The notes below the pieces were generated by a model. That model did no database searches and had not been told where the DNA came from. It worked only from the letters and a program-made list of their open reading frames with translations. From IMG/VR virus record IMGVR_UViG_3300044632_002025: a DNA stretch of 64,000 bases; one strand, given 5' to 3'. Origin of the DNA: a virus. The translations under genes and the position numbers were made by a program. Shown here piece after piece: positions 58,930 to 64,000 of this stretch (its first letter is position 1; every line of letters begins with the position of its first letter).

Positions 58930-59328
58930 TCAATTGCCATCGGGAATTACCTCCGTAGTCACTTCCGGGCTTACATTAGCCAATCCTTCAAAAAATCTGT
59001 GTACAATTAGCCCATCGGGGGACTTCATTTCACAGTCATATACCCAAGCATCCCTCCCAACTATATTCCCCATTGCCGCCGGTAATAAGGTTGTGGTCTG
59101 ATAAACCATAATTGGAGTTATTAATGTGTGGTTCTCATAGGTAATATCCCCTATTACGAAATCATCATTAACTATTTCAAAGTCTCCTTCTGCCAATAGA
59201 GTTCCCTTATGTTTTCTCTTAATTTGCCAAGCGAACTCCCAGTCACTATAGTTACCCGCTAATAGTAAAGATTTACCCCTATAGCTGGCTCCTTGTCTTA
59301 TTAATATGTTAACTTTTATTGGTTCCAT
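58930..59328 (-). CDS. hypothetical late protein
   Basis: ORF track, 132 aa. Late motif L16 lies upstream. Confidence 0.5.
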   Translation of the reverse strand: MEPIKVNILIRQGASYRGKSLLLAGNYSDWEFAWQIKRKHKGTLLAEGDFEIVNDDFVIGDITYENHTLITPIMVYQTTTLLPAAMGNIVGRDAWVYDCEMKSPDGLIVHRFFEGLANVSPEVTTEVIPDGN

Positions 59329-59357
59329 ACTGGTTTTCCCGCAATCCCTACCTTAAT

Positions 59358-59371
59358 CTTTGGGCGCATAG
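59358..59371 (-). promoter_or_regulatory. late-type motif site L16
   Basis: Minus strand: CTATGCGCCCAAAG, 30 nt upstream of ATG 59328. Confidence 0.45.
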
Positions 59372-59412
59372 GATTTTATCAATCTTAAACAGGGTGGGTA
59401 TTGAGAAAAATC

Positions 59413-59424
59413 TATACGCCCAAT
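59413..59424 (+). promoter_or_regulatory. late-type motif site L17
   Basis: TATACGCCCAAT, 35 nt upstream of ATG 59459. Confidence 0.45.
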
Positions 59425-59458
59425 GTCCTGTACAGAAGCATCATTCCCCCAATTTATA

Positions 59459-62400
59459 ATGGCCAGACGCAAAGGTAGAAAATTATACTCCCCTAATTCC
59501 CCCCAAGACCCCAGGAAATCCCGTGGCGGTAATATTAAAGATGGTATGGGGGTTGTTAAAGGTACTAATGTTAAAGGGGAAGCTTTTTCCTTTGACCCGT
59601 CTAAGCACAAACGAGACCCCTTGACTGGTAAATGGGCTACTAAACCTGATGTGGTTAAGCCCCAAAAAGATAAGAAAAAAGCCACTAAACCCACTTCTTC
59701 CGAGGCTAAAAAAACTAAACCATCCTCCCCCTTCGCCAAATTTAGACAAAGGGTTCGTGATGCTTTAAAACAACAATTAATTAATTACGCAAAAAATAAA
59801 TCAGATAAGTCTAAATCCACACCGTCTAAACCTGATTCTGTGTCAACTGTGCCAGTTAATGCTAAACCTATTGAGAAAAAGAATTTTACCCTGGATGACT
59901 ATACTCAAAGAGGACAAGAAATTAGCTCTAAATATGGGTTGAGTGATAATAAGTTCTTAGGCAGACTGGCGAAGTTAATAGACAAATTACTCAGTTTCCA
60001 AGAAAAACCGTCATTAACGCCTTCTGACATGGAGGAACTAAAAAAAATTAATGACGATATATTGGAGACACAAAAGAAGGCCTATGAAGACTTTGAGAAA
60101 AAAGTTGAACAACTTTTAGACGACTATAGAGAAAATGCTTCAGATTTAGACATGGATAAAGTAATTTTAAAGACTAGATTTGTAAGAAATGGTTTTCCAA
60201 GAGATTTAAATGAGGACGTTGATATGGTGAGGGAAGCCTATAAAGATTTTCACTATCTCACTAACGGCAATATTATAGGCTTTCCCAATTTGTTGGATGT
60301 TAACAATGAAGGTAATAGCTATGCCGTTTACCCTAATAAACCCGCACAAAGTTCAATAGTCAGCATTGGGACATCTGGACAGGGGGAAGTTCCTCTGAGG
60401 CAGGCGACCTTCCATGAATTGGCGCACCTAGTTGAGCTTCATGTTCCTGGTCTCAAAGAAGCGTCTCTAGAGTTCCTGAAAAAACATAGTTACACTGGAA
60501 CTCTAGAGAATTTTGATTACCTGGGTGTACCTATCTCAGGATATAAGGGGGACTTTATAGATGAATATGTGGGTAGATTTTACGTCCAAAATTCAGCCAC
60601 AGAGGTTTTATCTACGGGATTTGAACGTTTAAGTAATCCAGATAGCGCATTTAAACTTTTTGTAAATTCTAATCATCACTTTAATTATATTCTTGGTGCG
60701 CTTGACCGTGTTAACTCTACTAGAAATTCTGAATCTTACCGGCTACCAAATAAATCTGTTAGGAAAATACCAAATAAATCTGCTGAGGAAATACCAAATA
60801 AATCTGCTGAGGAAATACCAAATAAATCTGCTGAGGCAAAGAATTTGACCCTAGATAACTACACTCAAAGAGGACAAGAAATTAGCTCTAAATATGGGTT
60901 GAACGATACTAAAACACTAGGAAAACTCCAAGAACTAAGTGGTATACTAAGAGAATTTAACACTAAAATAATGGGTATGTATGACGACCCTACTTTAACC
61001 GACTCCGACAGAGAAGAAGTTATACGTCAATTTGACGAGGTTTTCAAAAAACACAAAAATCTTGAAAAGAAATTTAGGGCAAAATTCGAGAAAAATGTTC
61101 AAAATCTTCTAGAATCCTACAAAGAAGCTAGTAAAGATTTAGACTTAGAGAAACTTTTGGAAAATTCTAAATTCACATTGTATGGGCAAGAACTAGATAA
61201 ATCAGATAGGAACGTGGATTTAGTGAAAGAAAGTGTTAAAGATTTCCACTCTCTTACTAAGGGGTTTCTGGGAGAATTGGTTCCTATGATTGACGTAGAC
61301 AGAAATGGTTCTAGTTACGTCCGCTACCATCCAGATAAGCCAGAAAAATTGACACATATTAGAATCGGGGCTATTGGACTCGGTGATGAAGTATTTAAAC
61401 TTCAGACCTTCCATCAAATGGCTCACATTCTGGAATCCCACATACCTGGACTCCTAAAAGCATCTATGGAGTTCCTGAAAAAACATAGTTATTCGGGGCA
61501 AGAGGAAGACATCGAACACAGGGGTATGACCTACAGAGGGTATAAAGGTGATTTTATAAATAATTATGTGGGTAGAACATACAACAAAGGGGTATCAGCC
61601 ACAGAGGTTATATCTACAGGTTTTGAAAGACTTCGTAACCCTACAGACGCATTTACTCTCTACACAGAATCAAACCATCACTTTAATTTTATTCTTGGGG
61701 TTCTAGATAGTATTAACCAGACTGAGCCGCCTAAAACAAAATTAATGAGTAGCTTAACTCAAAAAAACTTAGACCCTAAACCAGAACCCGCAGAGCCAAA
61801 ACCAACTACTCCTAAACAGGTTTCCAAAGAGTACACTGATACTATTAATTCTGCAAAATCTAAAATCTCCCAGTATAAACTGGATAGACTTGTCAAAGTT
61901 TTTGAAACTCAAGATGCCCAAATCAATGCGGAGCTAAAATCTTTAGACCCTAAAAACCCTGAAGACGTTGAAAAAGCCCAAAAACTTTTTGCTAGAAAAC
62001 GTAAACTGAAGCAGTCTCTTGATACTTACCTTGAGAAACAGATGAACTTATTGTATCAAGAACTGCTTGATAATAATAATTCTGTAAACTCTGACCTCCT
62101 AGTGGGACAAACTAATTTTCAAATAGGTGAATACACTAAAAATCTTAAACCAGCCAATACTGAAGACCCTATCTATAAAACTCACACTCCTGTAATTAGT
62201 AAGGCTTTGGCTGAATTTCATAAACTTACAGGGGGGATTCTGAACAACTTAGTCCCCCGTATAGGACTCAGCGAAAAAAAAAGAAGTTGGGCTGGATTCG
62301 ATGCAAAAGAACCCCAAAAAAATAATTATCTTTCTATATCTGTAACCCGTTCCAATGATGTTAAACCCTCAGTTTTTCATGAAGCGGCACACCTGTTGGA

Positions 62401-62722
62401 AGGGTCTGACCCTAAATTTGCCAACTTAGCTAAGGAATTTTTAGCTAAAAATAGAACTTCAGATGAACTTAAGCAAATAAAGGGTTATCCTGCTGGCGAA
62501 GTGGCTTACCCTGGAAACTGGGTTCACCCCTATGTGGGTAAAAATTATGAAAATGCCCCCTCCACAGAAGTAATTTCAATGGGTATAGAACGATTTGCTA
62601 GTCCTAGAGATATGGCGGAATTTTATTTTAAAGATAAGGAACATTTTGCTCTAACTTTGGGGATTATAGAATCCCTTAAAGTCCCTGAACATCTAAAACC
62701 AAAACCTGCTACAATATATTAG
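59459..62722 (+). CDS. large late protein: basic N-terminus plus three tandem ~320-aa HExxH (zincin-like) modules
   Basis: Track ORF trimmed to ATG 59459, because motif L17 overlaps the earlier start. Modules start near 59879, 60839 and 61800. Metal-site motifs are FHELAHLVE (HELAH 60413-60427), FHQMAHILE (61412-61426) and FHEAAHLLE (62378-62392). Each is followed by ..YVGR.Y...(S/A)TEV(L/I)S.G.ER. Confidence 0.6.
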   Translation: MARRKGRKLYSPNSPQDPRKSRGGNIKDGMGVVKGTNVKGEAFSFDPSKHKRDPLTGKWATKPDVVKPQKDKKKATKPTSSEAKKTKPSSPFAKFRQRVRDALKQQLINYAKNKSDKSKSTPSKPDSVSTVPVNAKPIEKKNFTLDDYTQRGQEISSKYGLSDNKFLGRLAKLIDKLLSFQEKPSLTPSDMEELKKINDDILETQKKAYEDFEKKVEQLLDDYRENASDLDMDKVILKTRFVRNGFPRDLNEDVDMVREAYKDFHYLTNGNIIGFPNLLDVNNEGNSYAVYPNKPAQSSIVSIGTSGQGEVPLRQATFHELAHLVELHVPGLKEASLEFLKKHSYTGTLENFDYLGVPISGYKGDFIDEYVGRFYVQNSATEVLSTGFERLSNPDSAFKLFVNSNHHFNYILGALDRVNSTRNSESYRLPNKSVRKIPNKSAEEIPNKSAEEIPNKSAEAKNLTLDNYTQRGQEISSKYGLNDTKTLGKLQELSGILREFNTKIMGMYDDPTLTDSDREEVIRQFDEVFKKHKNLEKKFRAKFEKNVQNLLESYKEASKDLDLEKLLENSKFTLYGQELDKSDRNVDLVKESVKDFHSLTKGFLGELVPMIDVDRNGSSYVRYHPDKPEKLTHIRIGAIGLGDEVFKLQTFHQMAHILESHIPGLLKASMEFLKKHSYSGQEEDIEHRGMTYRGYKGDFINNYVGRTYNKGVSATEVISTGFERLRNPTDAFTLYTESNHHFNFILGVLDSINQTEPPKTKLMSSLTQKNLDPKPEPAEPKPTTPKQVSKEYTDTINSAKSKISQYKLDRLVKVFETQDAQINAELKSLDPKNPEDVEKAQKLFARKRKLKQSLDTYLEKQMNLLYQELLDNNNSVNSDLLVGQTNFQIGEYTKNLKPANTEDPIYKTHTPVISKALAEFHKLTGGILNNLVPRIGLSEKKRSWAGFDAKEPQKNNYLSISVTRSNDVKPSVFHEAAHLLEGSDPKFANLAKEFLAKNRTSDELKQIKGYPAGEVAYPGNWVHPYVGKNYENAPSTEVISMGIERFASPRDMAEFYFKDKEHFALTLGIIESLKVPEHLKPKPATIY
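60746..60841 (+). repeat. four tandem 24-nt repeats (PNKSAEEI)n in the linker between modules 1 and 2
   Basis: ccaaataaatctg(t/c)t(a/g)agg(a/c)aa(a/t)a is repeated four times. It encodes PNKSVRKI, PNKSAEEI, PNKSAEEI, PNKSAEAK. Confidence 0.85.
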
Positions 62723-62730
62723 TAGTCTCG

Positions 62731-62741
62731 AACGACCAAAT
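62731..62741 (+). promoter_or_regulatory. variant late-type motif (AACGACCAAAT)
   Basis: One mismatch in the core (A for C). Lies 23 nt upstream of TTG 62764. Confidence 0.25.
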
Positions 62742-62763
62742 TTTAATTCGGAGGATTAATTTC

Positions 62764-63090
62764 TTGAAAGCTACCCTATCCCATTTTTTAGGTACAGTGA
62801 GTATTTCTACCAACGTGGACACACACCCTGACAAACCAGTTGTTGCTGAATATAAGGTGGATTCCACTGTCCCAGAGGCTATCCCTGTCCTAAAATCCAT
62901 CTTTGTTCGTGAACTAGACCGGGCTACTGGTCTTTATGGTCATATCGGCGTGTTTTACGACAAAGAGAATGATACCTTTGACTCCACTAATATGGATTTA
63001 TACGTCGCTTTACAAGGTCTTGACGGCTTTTCCGTAGATGAACTCACTGAAATTAAAGCCAGCAAAATGCCTGAAGGAGTTTTGACTTAG
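62764..63090 (+). CDS. hypothetical protein (TTG start)
   Basis: ORF track, 108 aa. GGAGG lies 10 nt upstream of the TTG. Confidence 0.4.
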   Translation: MKATLSHFLGTVSISTNVDTHPDKPVVAEYKVDSTVPEAIPVLKSIFVRELDRATGLYGHIGVFYDKENDTFDSTNMDLYVALQGLDGFSVDELTEIKASKMPEGVLT

Positions 63091-63093
63091 GAC

Positions 63094-63122
63094 TTGACAA
63101 ATCTTTTAAGGTTTGTTATATT
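63094..63122 (+). promoter_or_regulatory. early-type promoter
   Basis: TTGACA-AATCTTTTAAGGTTTGT-TATATT. Confidence 0.6.
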
Positions 63123-63128
63123 AGAGAA

Positions 63129-63192
63129 AAGGTTTCCTTGTTAGTTATTTTTTCTAGGTCGTCTACACTGTTCCGTGGGCGAATTTTTTTTT
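63129..63192 (+). ncRNA. candidate ~64-nt small RNA (promoter to terminator, no ORF)
   Basis: Starts about 7 nt after the -10 at 63117-63122. Ends with the hairpin TCGTCTAC-actgttcc-GTGGGCGA (63159-63182, two G-U pairs) followed by A+T9. There is no ATG in between. Confidence 0.3.
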
Positions 63193-63314
63193 GTCCTAAC
63201 TCATGTTGGTAGGGGGGGAGGTAGGTACATGGGTTTTTATAACGGCTACCCCTAACTTCACCACTTGTCCCCGCACTTCGCTTAGTTACCAGTAGTACAC
63301 TTGTTCAAAAAAAG

Positions 63315-63357
63315 ATTCTCCCAGACAGTTGACATTTCTGGGAGAATATCATAGGAT
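63315..63357 (+). promoter_or_regulatory. 11-bp hairpin with TTGACA in the loop, followed by TAGGAT
   Basis: ATTCTCCCAGA-cagTTGACAtt-TCTGGGAGAAT. There are 17 nt from TTGACA (63329-63334) to TAGGAT (63352-63357). An A-run sits on the 5' side, so on the minus strand it reads as a terminator. Confidence 0.4.
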
Positions 63358-63492
63358 AGAATCAAGCAAACAAACACGGAAAACAGGATGACGGGTAACG
63401 CTAAACAACCAATCGAAACAACACAAATTCCTGTATCCGACGCTATAATTAGTTATCAGTTATCAACTATTTGGGACTAACAAAAAAAAAAA

Positions 63493-64000
63493 ATGAACCA
63501 ATTTACCGAAAAACTACCCAATCAAGTCACACTAGAGATGGTAAGCTTACCAGCAGGTGAGTTTCTCATGGGTTCTGCTGAAAGCGAGGATGAAAAGCCT
63601 CCACACCAAGTTAAAGTCAACAGTTTTGCTATTGGGAAATATCCCATTACTCAAGCACAATATCAAGCGGTAATGGGAACCAATCCCTCTTATTTTTATA
63701 ATAATCCCCAAAATCCGGTAGAAAGGATTAGTTGGAATGACGCTCAAGCCTTTTGTCAGAAATTGAGTCAAATAACCGGCAAAACCTATCGCCTACCCAC
63801 AGAAGCGGAATGGGAATATGCTTGTCGTGCGGATACAACTACTCGCTATTATTTTGGTGATGTTGCCAATCAGTTAGGAAATTACGCTTGGTATGAAGGA
63901 AATTCTCAAAATACAACTCATCCTGTGGGTCAGAAAAAGCCCAATGCTTGGGGACTATATGACATGAGTGGTAATGTTTGGGAGTGGTGCGAGGACTATT
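63493..64000 (+). CDS. FGE-sulfatase (SUMF1/formylglycine-generating-enzyme family) domain protein, 5' part
   Basis: ATG 63493. Reads MNQFTEKLPNQVTLEMVSLPAGEFLMGS...VNSFAIGKYPITQAQYQAVMG...NPVERISWNDAQAFC...YRLPTEAEWEYACRA...KKPNAWGLYDMSGNVWEWCEDY. Open to the window edge, so it is absent from the ORF track. Confidence 0.8.
   Translation, partial: MNQFTEKLPNQVTLEMVSLPAGEFLMGSAESEDEKPPHQVKVNSFAIGKYPITQAQYQAVMGTNPSYFYNNPQNPVERISWNDAQAFCQKLSQITGKTYRLPTEAEWEYACRADTTTRYYFGDVANQLGNYAWYEGNSQNTTHPVGQKKPNAWGLYDMSGNVWEWCEDY

Noticed and set aside
4541-63463. The 13-mer TGATAACTGATAA (4547-4559 region) recurs inverted at 63447-63463, which could suggest att-like cores at the two sides of the element.
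   Set aside because: My estimate is that dozens of 13-mer coincidences are expected between the two strands of a 64-kb window. It is also a low-complexity GATAA/CTGATAA repeat.

Overview
The window is almost entirely one tailed-phage genome or prophage, about 40% GC. It is siphovirus-like with a lambda-type tail tip, and the motifs point to a cyanobacterial host. A partial FGE-sulfatase (SUMF1-type) gene begins at 63493. All functional calls come from motifs recognised by eye; no searches were run.

Layout:
- (i) 1-5.5 kb: a minus-strand array of 13 small early genes. Most have their own near-consensus sigma70-type promoter cassette.
- (ii) 5.5-9.6 kb: a control and non-coding region with LexA-box-like palindromes, iteron-like repeats and a 1.8 kb gene-free island rich in G/C tracts and repeats.
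- (iii) 10.5-37.6 kb: the plus-strand morphogenesis module (scaffold, major capsid, 2612-aa tape measure, gpM/L/K/I/J-like tip, fibres, probable tail tube). It is interrupted by a T5orf172 homing-endonuclease-like gene and by a minus-strand sigma-factor/thyX operon.
- (iv) 37.7-41.3 kb: an accessory island with an IS607-family element (tnpA with an in-frame TAG, tnpB with no zinc-finger cysteines).
- (v) 41.4-45.1 kb: minus-strand portal and large terminase. The terminase carries a class-3-like mini-intein inside the Walker A P-loop.
- (vi) 45-63 kb: replication, nucleotide-metabolism and lysis genes (mazG-like, tRNA-CAT, phoH, KilA-N, FEN-like exonuclease, P4/D5-type primase-helicase, muramidase endolysin). 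A roughly 1087-aa late protein here is built from three tandem HExxH modules.

Two transcription regimes can be read from the DNA. About 30 early promoters have TTGACA-17-TATAAT/TATACT. About 18 sites carry a different motif, (T)A(T/A)ACGCCCAA(A/T)C, in front of structural and lysis genes. That motif is a candidate late promoter for the phage-encoded sigma factor.
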